Source: Candidatus Latescibacterota bacterium (lineage in GTDB: Bacteria > Latescibacterota > UBA2968 > UBA8231). From it: a stretch of DNA of 64,000 bases. The notes beneath the pieces were generated by a model. That model had not been told where the DNA came from and ran no database searches. It saw nothing but the letters and a program-made list of their open reading frames with translations. The position numbers and the translations under genes were made by a program. Shown here piece after piece: positions 8,945 through 18,814 of this stretch. How positions within the stretch are numbered: position 1 is the first letter of the stretch; every line of letters begins with the position of its first letter. The DNA is taken from NCBI GenBank assembly GCA_965248265.1, contig CBDFJF010000001.1, positions 2,912,001-2,976,000 on the forward strand. Direction: 5' to 3'.

Positions 8945-11207
8945 GTGCCCCCCCCATCGAATCCCGCAGCGCCACAAAAGCGAGCGCCGGCTTGTTGCTC
9001 CCGCGGGGCCCGACATTGCTCGTCACCATCAGCTCCTTGCGCGCCCGCGTGATCCCTACGTAGAGCAACCGCAACCGCTCGCGTGCATAGTCATACCGCG
9101 CCTCCATTGTCGCCGAGCCCTCCAGGTACTCCGTACCATCTATGGCTGCATCGAGCTGGCCCAGGGTTTCGTCTGCCAGACTGAGATTATCCCTCACGAA
9201 CCAGCGCTCCGACCGGAAGCTGTCCGTCGGCTCGCCCGCGGGGAATTCATAGTCACTCACTGCCAGCAGGTAGACGCGGTCCCACTCCAGGCCCTTGGCC
9301 CCATGCATGGTCGCCACCACCACTTCGCCCTTGTGGGCCTCCGGCTCGAAGCCGGTCTTGTCGGTCTCGATCGAGCGCAGTTTGCGCTGGTCGCGGGCGA
9401 TGACGACGAGCTCGGCCTCCATCTCCGCCAGCGTCGTCGGCCGGCCTTCGACACCCAGGTTGTACTGCGAGCGCTCCTGCAGGATTTCCCCGAACAGCTG
9501 CGTCATCGCCAGCTTCTCCGGCTCGTCGAACAGATCCTGAGCGATCGCCGTGAGCAGCTCCCCGATCGGCAGCAGCACCAGGGCGTGCCAGCGCTGCAGC
9601 TGCTCGCGGAAGCGCTCGAAGTAGGACATCGTGCTCGCCGGAATCTCGCCCGTGCCCAGACCAGCACTCGATCCTTCTTCCCCTCCAGCCAGCGGCCAGA
9701 CGAACTCCTCGCTACGGACGCATCGCTGCAACAGCGTCAGATGTATTTCCAGCAGTTCCAGCCCCTCGTCCGATTCGGCTTCCTTCAACACCCGCGTGAA
9801 CCAGACCTTGTACACGGCGACCAGAGTCCGGTGGGCATCCGGATGCGCCAGGTGCTTGAGAATCAGGCTGAGAGCACCGGCCGCTTCCCGCGTCGACGTC
9901 GTCAGGCGCAACATCGCATCCGTACACGGCACCCGTGCCTTGCGCAGGATTTTGATCACTTCGGCCCCGCGCGCGTTCGTCGGCACCAGGATGGCGACGG
10001 TTGCGTCCCCATTGGCCGGCAGCCATTTCTTGATCGATTCCACGACCCGGACCAGCTCCGCCTCCGGTGATTCGTCGTTGAAATGGAAGGCCACTCTGCA
10101 GGCATCCTCCGGAGGATTGGGTTGCGGATCGCCCGGCGGCGTCGGTTCGATGTTGGGCAAGGAGAGCGCGCTGCGCATTGCTTCGACGGGGTGATCCTCA
10201 CTCGCCCAGCGGATCAGCTCGTTGGCCATGCCGATGATGGGCAACCCCGAGCGTCCTGAATTGGGTAGATCGTGCTTGGCGTCGGCTTCTTCCAGAAAGG
10301 CGCGCAGGTACTTCGGGTGCGCGGTGGTGAAGGTCTCGTAGATCGCCTGGTTGGGATCGCCAACGCGGACCCAGTTGCCGCCCTCGCCCACCAACCGGCG
10401 CAGAATCTGCTCCTGCAGGGCGCTGCTGTCCTGGGCTTCGTCTTCGAGAATGAAGGGCCAGCGCTGGCGCAGGTTCTCGACCAGGGTCTCATCAGCGTCG
10501 AGGGCGCGAATCGCCATCGTGATCAGGTCGTTGAAGTCGAGGGATGCCCGCGTTGCCAGACCGTGCTCGTAGCGCTCGTACACATCCACCGCCAGCTTGA
10601 TCAGCATGGAACTGTCATCCGTGAGCCGATCGCGTACGGCCTGCGGCGTCTGCTGGCGGCTCTTGAGGTGCGCGATGGCGTTGCCGACGACCTGTTGCAG
10701 CAGTGCGGGCAGATCGTCGGTGACAATCTTGCGCCGCCGGAAATCGTTCATGTCTTCAATCAGGTAGCGCGCCAGACCCTCTTTGTATCGCGGGTAGGAA
10801 GCGCGAAACGCCGTGCGCAGAATCGAGTCGGCGATACGCTCGTCGACGACGGAGAAGTTGGTCTCCAGTCCTACAATCGACGGCGACTGCGACACGATCT
10901 CGTGCGCCAGGCTGTGCAGGGTGCGCACCCGGTAACCCAGACCGGGGAGCAGACCCTGCTCGGAGAGAAACCCACCAATGCGCTGGCGGAAGTTGTCGAC
11001 GGCCGAATTGACCAGCGTCACGATCAGGACTTCCTGCCGGCCCTGCAGCGCCCCACTGGAGATCAGGGATACAGCGACCTGCGACAGGGTCCAGGTTTTA
11101 CCGCTGCCCGGCACCGCGGCGATGCCCATGGTGCCGCCGGCGTAGCCGAGGATGGCTTGCTGGGCGGGGCGCAGCTGGGTTGGGGAATGAGGCGAGGGTG
11201 ATGTCAC
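8928..11207 (-). CDS. UvrD/PcrA-like SF1A ATP-dependent DNA helicase
   Basis: AVPGSGKT, TLHSLA, EDEAQD, VGDPNQAIY, TMHGAKGLEWD, ERLRLLYVGITRAR. Confidence 0.93.
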   Translation of the reverse strand: MTSPSPHSPTQLRPAQQAILGYAGGTMGIAAVPGSGKTWTLSQVAVSLISSGALQGRQEVLIVTLVNSAVDNFRQRIGGFLSEQGLLPGLGYRVRTLHSLAHEIVSQSPSIVGLETNFSVVDERIADSILRTAFRASYPRYKEGLARYLIEDMNDFRRRKIVTDDLPALLQQVVGNAIAHLKSRQQTPQAVRDRLTDDSSMLIKLAVDVYERYEHGLATRASLDFNDLITMAIRALDADETLVENLRQRWPFILEDEAQDSSALQEQILRRLVGEGGNWVRVGDPNQAIYETFTTAHPKYLRAFLEEADAKHDLPNSGRSGLPIIGMANELIRWASEDHPVEAMRSALSLPNIEPTPPGDPQPNPPEDACRVAFHFNDESPEAELVRVVESIKKWLPANGDATVAILVPTNARGAEVIKILRKARVPCTDAMLRLTTSTREAAGALSLILKHLAHPDAHRTLVAVYKVWFTRVLKEAESDEGLELLEIHLTLLQRCVRSEEFVWPLAGGEEGSSAGLGTGEIPASTMSYFERFREQLQRWHALVLLPIGELLTAIAQDLFDEPEKLAMTQLFGEILQERSQYNLGVEGRPTTLAEMEAELVVIARDQRKLRSIETDKTGFEPEAHKGEVVVATMHGAKGLEWDRVYLLAVSDYEFPAGEPTDSFRSERWFVRDNLSLADETLGQLDAAIDGTEYLEGSATMEARYDYARERLRLLYVGITRARKELMVTSNVGPRGSNKPALAFVALRDSMGGARDSDG

Positions 11208-11278
11208 AGAGCCAGTTGCTTCCTGATCAACTGACAGAGGCTATCCTTGATCTCGTTGTGCCTTGGAACCGAGGCACG
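11204..11278 (-). pseudogene. HicA toxin C-terminal remnant
   Basis: Reads RASVPRHNEIKDSLCQLIRKQLAL*, matching the HicA VPRHxEI...KQL C-terminus; no start or N-terminal half; directly downstream of hicB. Confidence 0.75.
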
Positions 11279-11282
11279 GCGA

Positions 11283-11492
11283 TTACAGTTCCAGAGACAC
11301 CGATTTTGTGCTGACCGAGACGATGTCAGGTGGTGTATCTTCATCGGCCAACACGAGCCGGTAGGAATTCTGGATGTTCTGTTCGAGCTCATCCAGCGTC
11401 TCTCCCTGGCTGAAAACACCCGGCACTTCCTTCAACCGCCCGATGTACCAATCATCCTCAATCCAGTACTCAAGCGTAAACTGCCGTGACAT
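11283..11492 (-). CDS. HicB-family antitoxin
   Basis: FTLEYW...YIGRLKEVPGVFSQGETLDELEQNI. Confidence 0.9.
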   Translation of the reverse strand: MSRQFTLEYWIEDDWYIGRLKEVPGVFSQGETLDELEQNIQNSYRLVLADEDTPPDIVSVSTKSVSLEL

Positions 11493-11497
11493 GAGAC

Positions 11498-11770
11498 TCA
11501 GCTTAGTCGCTCGTTGGCTGCGGTGGACGCAGCGACAGTCGGCCGGCTTTCCAGGTAAAGTGTGTCATAGCTCAAATCAACTCCGCTTGGCCATTCCACT
11601 GAACCGGCCACGACCCTTGCCGCCTGGAAGCTCGCCTCGTTCTGCAGACGGACGAAGACTCCTCGGTTGAGATAAGGCGTCAAGTCGAATATCCGTTGTT
11701 CGCCGTTTTCGAAGACTAGCTCCAGCTGGTAATCGTTCAGCGGGTGTACGAGTCTCACGTGTGGATTCAC
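11498..11770 (-). CDS. DUF2442 protein (putative antitoxin)
   Basis: YQLELVFENGEQRIFDLTPYL...VEWPSGVDLSYDTLY. Confidence 0.85.
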   Translation of the reverse strand: MNPHVRLVHPLNDYQLELVFENGEQRIFDLTPYLNRGVFVRLQNEASFQAARVVAGSVEWPSGVDLSYDTLYLESRPTVAASTAANERLS

Positions 11771-11838
11771 AGGTGCTGCCTGTCATCAAAAAAATACATC
11801 CTGATCACAATACCATAAAACGTCGACAGAATCGGCAT
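11767..11838 (-). pseudogene. DUF4160 (putative toxin) N-terminal stub
   Basis: MPILSTFYGIVIRMYFFDDRQHL* (23 aa), a typical DUF4160 N-terminus that stops before the PHxH motif; stop overlaps the DUF2442 start. Confidence 0.8.
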
Positions 11839-11851
11839 TGGTACTTGCCAC

Positions 11852-11929
11852 TCAATGTACGGCTGTGAATGGGCAGATGCTAAGCGGTCTCACCCCGGCA
11901 CCCGGACAAAAATCAACGAGTGTGTTCAT
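11852..11929 (-). pseudogene. Possible VapC/PIN toxin stub
   Basis: ATG overlapping the RHH antitoxin 3' end reads MNTLVD (like the PIN beta-1 start), then unrelated sequence and a stop after 25 aa. Confidence 0.4.
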
Positions 11930-12176
11930 CCGACAGCGCCTCGCCCAAGTGCCAGTCATGTTCGACAGCGCCAGAGGTGTCCAGACTCTCACCGAGGCCG
12001 ACGATGGACATGAAGACGTCCCTGGTGAATTGCTGCTGCTCGGTGTCACCAGCCAGATAGTCGGCGACAAGCCCGCGCACCAACTCAGCCATCGAGACAT
12101 TCTTCCTGCCTGCCGCGAGTTTGAGCCTGCGATGGTCGGCGGGATCGAGATAGATCTGCAGTCGCACATAGCCCAT
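11913..12176 (-). CDS. Ribbon-helix-helix (CopG/VapB-like) antitoxin
   Basis: RLQIYLD...VSMAELVRGLV RHH domain; C-terminal SIVGLG...EHD as in VapB-type antitoxins. Confidence 0.8.
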   Translation of the reverse strand: MGYVRLQIYLDPADHRRLKLAAGRKNVSMAELVRGLVADYLAGDTEQQQFTRDVFMSIVGLGESLDTSGAVEHDWHLGEALSDEHTR

Positions 12177-12186
12177 GGCGCATCTC

Positions 12187-12462
12187 CTACCCGTACCGCT
12201 CCACGTACAGATCCAGCACACGCCGCACCATCTGCTGATAGGGCATCCCGTGCTTTGATGAGTTGCGCTTGAAGAACTCGACGCTTCGCTGGCTCAGATT
12301 GAGCGTCACCTTCACGGTTTCTTCCTTCAAGAAGAGTTGCTCCGGCGGCGGGAGGAAATCCTCAACAGTTTCCGCTTCGTCGATTGCTCTGGCGATTTCG
12401 AGGGGAGCTGCTACGTATTTCGCTCGCGCCTCACGTACTCGAGTCGTCTTTTTGGCCATCAT
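12187..12462 (-). CDS. BrnA/CopG-family antitoxin
   Basis: DFLPPPEQL, VKVTLNLS...VEFFK, PYQQMVRRVLDLY; overlaps brnT. Confidence 0.85.
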   Translation of the reverse strand: MMAKKTTRVREARAKYVAAPLEIARAIDEAETVEDFLPPPEQLFLKEETVKVTLNLSQRSVEFFKRNSSKHGMPYQQMVRRVLDLYVERYG

Positions 12463-12718
12463 ACCTTCTCCTTCCTTCGCGCCAGTACCCGGCCCCGAAA
12501 ATCCTGATCCGATTTGCCCGCATCGTGAAACGGACCGTCAGCACCCTTTCATCCACCAGACCGAAACAGAAGTACCGAGACTCCTTTGCAGTCGAGTGCT
12601 TGCGATCTCTGGCAATTACCCGGGCGGGATCTAGAAATGCTCGTTGTGCCTCTGCGAAGGACACACCATGCTTGCGCACGTTTTCCGCATCCTTCTGGTC
12701 GTCCCATTCGAAGTCCAT
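12431..12718 (-). CDS. BrnT-family ribonuclease toxin
   Basis: FEWDDQKDAENVRKHGVSFAEA...LTVRFT...IRIFGAGYWR. Confidence 0.9.
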   Translation of the reverse strand: MDFEWDDQKDAENVRKHGVSFAEAQRAFLDPARVIARDRKHSTAKESRYFCFGLVDERVLTVRFTMRANRIRIFGAGYWREGRRRYDGQKDDSST

Positions 12719-12721
12719 GCC

Positions 12722-12749
12722 GTATGTATATGTGGATGTCTATACATAC
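12722..12749. promoter_or_regulatory. Inverted repeat, probable brnTA operator
   Basis: GTATGTATA-N10-TATACATAC perfect 9-bp inverted repeat immediately upstream of the brnT ATG. Confidence 0.6.
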
Positions 12750-12802
12750 AAATATACAGAGACGAGTAGGGACGGCAAGCCCGCCGCGCGTCATCCCCAC
12801 GG

Positions 12803-14923
12803 TCACACTTCATACACCCCCTCAGCCTCCGGCACCACCCCCAACCCCCGCAACGCATGCCCAAGCGCCACCAGCAGATCCCCCGTCTGCTCCTGCCCAT
12901 GCGCGCTGAGTTCGCTATTAAACAGGTACACCGAGTCCGTGCAGCGCCTCACCAACCCCGAAACCATGCACGTAAGCCTCTCCGTCTCGAACTTCGCCTC
13001 CCAGGCCGATGACCATTCCTCCTCCTGGGTGTTCCAGTCACGGCTGAGCACGTAGGGGTTGGTCAGGGGTTGATGGATGCGCCGGTGCCAGGCCGGCGAT
13101 CCCACATCCAGCCACAGCTGATGGGCGTAGGTGCGATTGCGCAGCAGGAAGGTGTGCGCCGGCGCGATCAGGACTGAAGTCGATGGATCCGCCCAGTTCA
13201 TCGAGTAGAACGCGGAGACGACGCCCTCCTGCACCATCTCGACGTAGGCTTTGCCGACGGCTTCACCCTCGTCCCCCGAGGCCTCGGCCACGGCGCGCCG
13301 GAATTTCTGCGCCGATTCGACCAGACTGGCCACCTGCATGCCGGCCGGCACGTCCTTGTGGAACCCGAAGCCGGGCTGGCTCAGCACCTCGCCGAACAAG
13401 CGGCTGAAGAACAGGTCGACGGGCAGATCCTCCTCGCTCTGATATTCCTCCAGCCAGGATCGCAGGACCTCGTAGCTCTCTCCCACGCGATAGGTGATTC
13501 GGTCGCGCGCTTGTGACGCTATTTCTTCGAATGACTTCAAACCGACTGCTTCATGCACTCCCTCGTACGCGACGGAGGCCAGCAGCGCCGCGCGCACCAG
13601 GTCCGCCGCACCAAGGAGCCGGTCGAACATGTGGGTGACCGCCTCCGGCGACGGCCGTTCCAGCCGCCATGACGGGTGCGCGAGCGCGGCCAGGGTCAGC
13701 AGCACCTTGGTGACCGGCTCGTCCCGCAGGGTCCGCGAGGGACGATGCACGTAATGGCTGATCTGCGCCGTGTCGAGACGCGTCGACAGGCCATAGTAGA
13801 GACTGTCGTTGAGGAACGGAGAGATGATGGCGATCTGAGCCGGCTCAATGCCGTTCTCGATCAGCTGCTCGACCTGACCCGTGACCCGCTGCACCATCTG
13901 GTGATGCAGCCGGTCGGAGAACACCTGCACGCGCCGCTTGTCGTCATTGTCAACATCACTGACTGCCCCGGCATCCGGTCGATCGCCAATCGCATCGCAC
14001 AACCTGCGCCCGAATACCTGCAGCGACTCCGGTACCGTTGCTGTCGATTCGATCAACTGACTGGCCGCGCACTCCTGCTTCAGCGTGTAGGCACTCAATG
14101 GATTGGCCGCGAGGAATTTTCGGAAGCCGGCATCACAGTCGTAGAGGATGAGGACGGATTCCAGTCGAGAATCGTCGTGGTTCATCCACAGGCGCACGAT
14201 GTCATGCGCCAGCGGAATGTCCTCCTCGCAATTGTCGTAGACGAGATGACGGTGCTGTCCGAACAGGTAATCGCGCAACGGCTGCGAGTGCCGGACCAGA
14301 TCCCAGAACAGGGTCAAATACAGCGAGAAGTCGAGCAGGTTGCCCTGCGCGCACAGTTGCCGGTAGGCCGCCACGGTGTTCGAGATCTCCTCGACGTGAC
14401 CGTCCGAAAGCTCGGTGCCGATCCTTGCTGAGCGCAGATAATCGCTCAACGCATCCAGGGGGATATAGTTGACGGCCGCCTTGTTGAGATTGTCCAGCAG
14501 CTGCGAGTAGAGCCGGTGCCGCGTCAGCTTCAGGTCGGCGAAGTACCCCTGTTCTATTAGAGGGGACACCAGCCGCGCCATGAAGTACTGGGCCACTTCG
14601 TAGGTCAGGAAGGTCGGCTCCTGTCCCTGCACGAAAGGATACTTCGACTGCGCCAGCACCTCCGGCCAGAACAGGGAGACATAGCGACGTGCCAGGCCTC
14701 CGATCGTCGCTTTGCCGAGGCCGTACCACGAGCGCTGATCGAAGGCTTCTTCGTAGGCGAGGGTGTAGCTGCGGTGGGGGGTGAGGAGGAGGATCCGGTC
14801 GGGCGCGACGCCATCGTCGATGAGGGAGCGGATGCGCTCGATGGCCTGCGTGGTTTTGCCGGCGCCGGCGGGGCCTTCGAGGAAGAGGGTCGGTTGGGTA
14901 TCGGGAGTCACCGCGGCCCACAT
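12803..14923 (-). CDS. SF1 helicase-like protein with degenerate Walker B (AdnA/AddB-like partner subunit)
   Basis: Walker A EGPAGAGKT and GVAPDRILLLT present; motif II reads VYDNCEED; later motifs eroded; no nuclease domain. Confidence 0.75.
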   Translation of the reverse strand: MWAAVTPDTQPTLFLEGPAGAGKTTQAIERIRSLIDDGVAPDRILLLTPHRSYTLAYEEAFDQRSWYGLGKATIGGLARRYVSLFWPEVLAQSKYPFVQGQEPTFLTYEVAQYFMARLVSPLIEQGYFADLKLTRHRLYSQLLDNLNKAAVNYIPLDALSDYLRSARIGTELSDGHVEEISNTVAAYRQLCAQGNLLDFSLYLTLFWDLVRHSQPLRDYLFGQHRHLVYDNCEEDIPLAHDIVRLWMNHDDSRLESVLILYDCDAGFRKFLAANPLSAYTLKQECAASQLIESTATVPESLQVFGRRLCDAIGDRPDAGAVSDVDNDDKRRVQVFSDRLHHQMVQRVTGQVEQLIENGIEPAQIAIISPFLNDSLYYGLSTRLDTAQISHYVHRPSRTLRDEPVTKVLLTLAALAHPSWRLERPSPEAVTHMFDRLLGAADLVRAALLASVAYEGVHEAVGLKSFEEIASQARDRITYRVGESYEVLRSWLEEYQSEEDLPVDLFFSRLFGEVLSQPGFGFHKDVPAGMQVASLVESAQKFRRAVAEASGDEGEAVGKAYVEMVQEGVVSAFYSMNWADPSTSVLIAPAHTFLLRNRTYAHQLWLDVGSPAWHRRIHQPLTNPYVLSRDWNTQEEEWSSAWEAKFETERLTCMVSGLVRRCTDSVYLFNSELSAHGQEQTGDLLVALGHALRGLGVVPEAEGVYEV

Positions 14924-15300
14924 CAGGCAGCGCCATCCCTCTCGTCCAGCACCGCTTCCAGCATGACGAGGGCATCCCAGGCGGCGGGAAAACCGGCGTA
15001 GGCGGCAACCTGGAACAGGGCTTCGAAGATCTCCGGCAGCGAGGCGCCGTTGTTGAGGGCCATTTCGAGATTGAGCTTCAGGGCGTTGTCACGACCGAGG
15101 GCAGCCAGGACACAGATGCTGCAGAGCGAGCGTGTTTTCAGATCGATGCCGGGCCGGGTCCAGATGCGACCGCCGACGACGGTGACGACTTCGGTCTCGA
15201 AATCGGGACAGACGGACTTGAAGCGTTGGAGCAGAGCGTCGATGCGGTCGTCGCCGACCATCTTTCGGAATTGGGCTAGTCCGCGGTCGTAGTCGGTCAT
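14923..15300 (-). CDS. Carboxymuconolactone decarboxylase/AhpD family protein
   Basis: GRIWTRPGIDLKTRSL, ALNNGAS, AAYAGFPAA; stop overlaps the next ATG. Confidence 0.88.
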   Translation of the reverse strand: MTDYDRGLAQFRKMVGDDRIDALLQRFKSVCPDFETEVVTVVGGRIWTRPGIDLKTRSLCSICVLAALGRDNALKLNLEMALNNGASLPEIFEALFQVAAYAGFPAAWDALVMLEAVLDERDGAA

Positions 15301-15436
15301 GGCGCCGATGATATGGGTGATCATCAACCATATCAAGCGTATCGGTAAACGTCGGGCCTGTTACCACCTCAAGTCAACGGACAGCTTACCTCAAGTGTGG
15401 AGATCAAATCACATCGACCAGTGAAGTGAGACCTGT

Positions 15437-15560
15437 AGAGTACGCAGCGATGAGCGGCTGGCGCTGACCCGTCCACCAGACTGCGTGGGACAGTGAAGGT
15501 GCGTTGGTGTCCCCAGATGGCCACGATCCCCTGCCCAGTCCGCTCCATGGCATGTTATGC
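15437..15560 (-). mobile_element. Integron attC site with degenerate R'
   Basis: Minus strand: R'' GCATAAC, 5 nt, L'' ATGGAGCGGACTGG ... CCAGCCGCTCAT L', 6 nt, GTACTCT; arms pair with extrahelical G and A. Confidence 0.7.
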
Positions 15561-15661
15561 CTTCCCTGATTGTCAGTCAGCAACTCGTGTCGTAGTCGCA
15601 CGAGGCTGATCTATGGGGATGCCCGGCGAAATGTAGCTGGCATAACACAGGGACGGTCCAT

Positions 15662-16741
15662 TCACGCCGGCCAATTTGCTCGGGTGGCCTTCTTAATCTC
15701 GTCTGATAGGTCGAGGTGATCATCGCTGAGAATGATATACTGGTGCTCAGCCAAGCGTCTCAGGAGGTCCGTGAGGTCCTCTTCCGGATTGAGGACCCCG
15801 TTGTCTTGCATCCACTTGAGATGCCGGACGATCGATGGTCGCGACGCGTCACCTTGCCCCTTCTTCACATGGATGGTGCCGATCACAGAGATGGCGGACG
15901 GATCGTCCCTAAGCTTCTCGATGAACTGAGCGCGCATACGGATCTGATCTGATATACGTACCCGGTCATCAGCCAATCGACACAGCTCATCGAGACTCTG
16001 GAGTACAACACTCACGGAGCTACGCCCGAACGCAGCGGCCACCCCAGCGGAGTATGAGGCCATTTGTGGATCAGCCGATGCGTCGCTCTCCACCGCACGG
16101 TCTTGATACACAACGATGCGATCGAAGGCATTGTATACGCGCGTCAGACAGACCAGCGCTTTCTCATCTTTCATCGAGGCAGCTAGCTGCCCCATGAGAT
16201 GTCTACGCCCTGCCTGCGAGATACTCGCCTTACTTCTGCTGCCAATCGCGTGGAGTTCGGTGATGTAGCATAGTCGATCGAGATCGTCAATGGCCTCACC
16301 GACCAGAGTATCTAGTATTGCCTTGCTGGCCTTCTTGCGAGATCTCTCGTTGAGTGCGTTTGCGAGAGCAACCGCACCCAATGCGCCGACAAGTCCAGCA
16401 ATGGTTCCCAGGATGGCCAATATGCCAGAGTGTTCCTCCCACCAACTCTTCTCTAAGGCGGCTTCTATTCCCCGCAGGCGAGCTTCGATACGGTCGACTG
16501 ACGATCCTGAGCCTTCTGCATCTCTGGACATGCTGTCTGTAGCTGTCTCGCGCGCTGATCCCTGAACCACAGTAGCGGGTGGGACGCTCGCGCTGGACGC
16601 ATTGGCGTGACCTGCCTGCAACATGAGTGAGAGCAGAGCCAGGATTGTCAGCCAGCATACCTGAGAGTGCAGGCAGTTGAACCGGGCTTCTACTGCCACT
16701 GGACACGCTCCCCCAATGATCTCATTTCTCCCCTCGCACAA
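15662..16741 (-). CDS. Hypothetical membrane-anchored protein (gene cassette); true start uncertain
   Basis: Long ORF with signal-like and transmembrane segments, starting at an attC R'; the ORF-track start lies inside the attC. Confidence 0.55.
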   Translation of the reverse strand: MCEGRNEIIGGACPVAVEARFNCLHSQVCWLTILALLSLMLQAGHANASSASVPPATVVQGSARETATDSMSRDAEGSGSSVDRIEARLRGIEAALEKSWWEEHSGILAILGTIAGLVGALGAVALANALNERSRKKASKAILDTLVGEAIDDLDRLCYITELHAIGSRSKASISQAGRRHLMGQLAASMKDEKALVCLTRVYNAFDRIVVYQDRAVESDASADPQMASYSAGVAAAFGRSSVSVVLQSLDELCRLADDRVRISDQIRMRAQFIEKLRDDPSAISVIGTIHVKKGQGDASRPSIVRHLKWMQDNGVLNPEEDLTDLLRRLAEHQYIILSDDHLDLSDEIKKATRANWPA

Positions 16742-16858
16742 CGCACGGTTCAGCAGTGTGCGGAACCACCGCTCGACACCTGATTCCCAGTTCGCTCAGC
16801 TGACATCCCGCCCGCTTACGATTCACTATCAGTCCGCCTGCTGCAACCCCTGTTATGC
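16736..16858 (-). mobile_element. Integron attC site
   Basis: Minus strand: R'' GCATAAC, 5 nt, L'' TTGCAGCAG ... CTGCTGAA L', 6 nt, R' GTTGTGC; 123 bp, 20 bp after the TIR stop. Confidence 0.8.
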
Positions 16859-16878
16859 CTCTCAAACAAGCATGTGGT

Positions 16879-17205
16879 TCACTGTCGTCGGCCCAGCCAT
16901 CGTATCTGCTGCTTCACTCTGGTGCAGGGGGCACCCAAGCTTGACTCAAGGTTGCCCGATGTGTGCGGCTGGTATGTGGCCATTGTCACTCCCGCAAGGT
17001 CGGACGGTAGGCGAATCGCAGACGTTCTGTCGAACACCGCGAAGGTCCGTTCTCTTCCGAGCGATCCCATGAACAGGCCAAGCTCAAACAACACATTGTC
17101 CCTTGCGGCGTGCCCCAATTCGCCACGACTCTCGAGCAGGTCATCAGGCGTCAGCACGAGCACTGCGAAGTCATACGCCCCCAAGCTCTGAACAAGGGAC
17201 TCCAG
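16879..17205 (-). pseudogene. TIR-like nucleotide-binding domain protein (Cap12/Pycsar-effector type), 5' truncated by IS3
   Basis: LESLVQSL..YDFAVLVLTPDD...ARDNVLFELGLFMGSLGRERTF...LPSDLAGVT; frame runs directly into the IS end at 17206. Confidence 0.85.
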
Positions 17206-17235
17206 TGAATCGCCCCGGGTTTTTCGGAGACTCGG

Positions 17236-18467
<1,232 letters not shown>

Positions 18468-18591
18468 GACTCCAATCCTCTCAAGAAATGGAGCCTCCGG
18501 CACAACGTATATACGTTTTCCCCTCCGAATCATGACTCAGATCAAAAAAGAATCTATGATCCCCGCATGCCTCCGAAACTCCTCGATCTCC

Positions 18592-18744
18592 GTGAATGAA
18601 GTCGATCTTGCCGACCAGTTGTGGGGCAGTCTCGAGCCGCTCAACGATCCAGCTCTGTTCGCTCAGGCAGACGTCAACGGCGAATCCGGACTCATCGAGT
18701 GGCCCAATGGCCTGGATCTGCCCCTTGACATGGTGCTTCTGTGA
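18592..18744 (+). pseudogene. DUF2442 C-terminal remnant
   Basis: EVDLADQLWGSLEPLNDPALFAQ...IEWPNGLDL; N-terminus missing. Confidence 0.65.
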
Positions 18745-18814
18745 ATAGTCAGATAAACGGGCGTAATTATCGTTATATTGACACGAACAACAGCATAAAA
18801 GCTAAACTTTTACG

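Noticed and set aside
12766-12800. GTAG-type REP-like imperfect hairpin
   Set aside because: Single imperfect copy; no RAYT or further copies seen.
18500-18533. ORF-track extension [11 protein letters not shown] resembling ribosomal protein L36
   Set aside because: In-frame stop immediately upstream; it is only a chance extension of IS orfA across the deletion junction.
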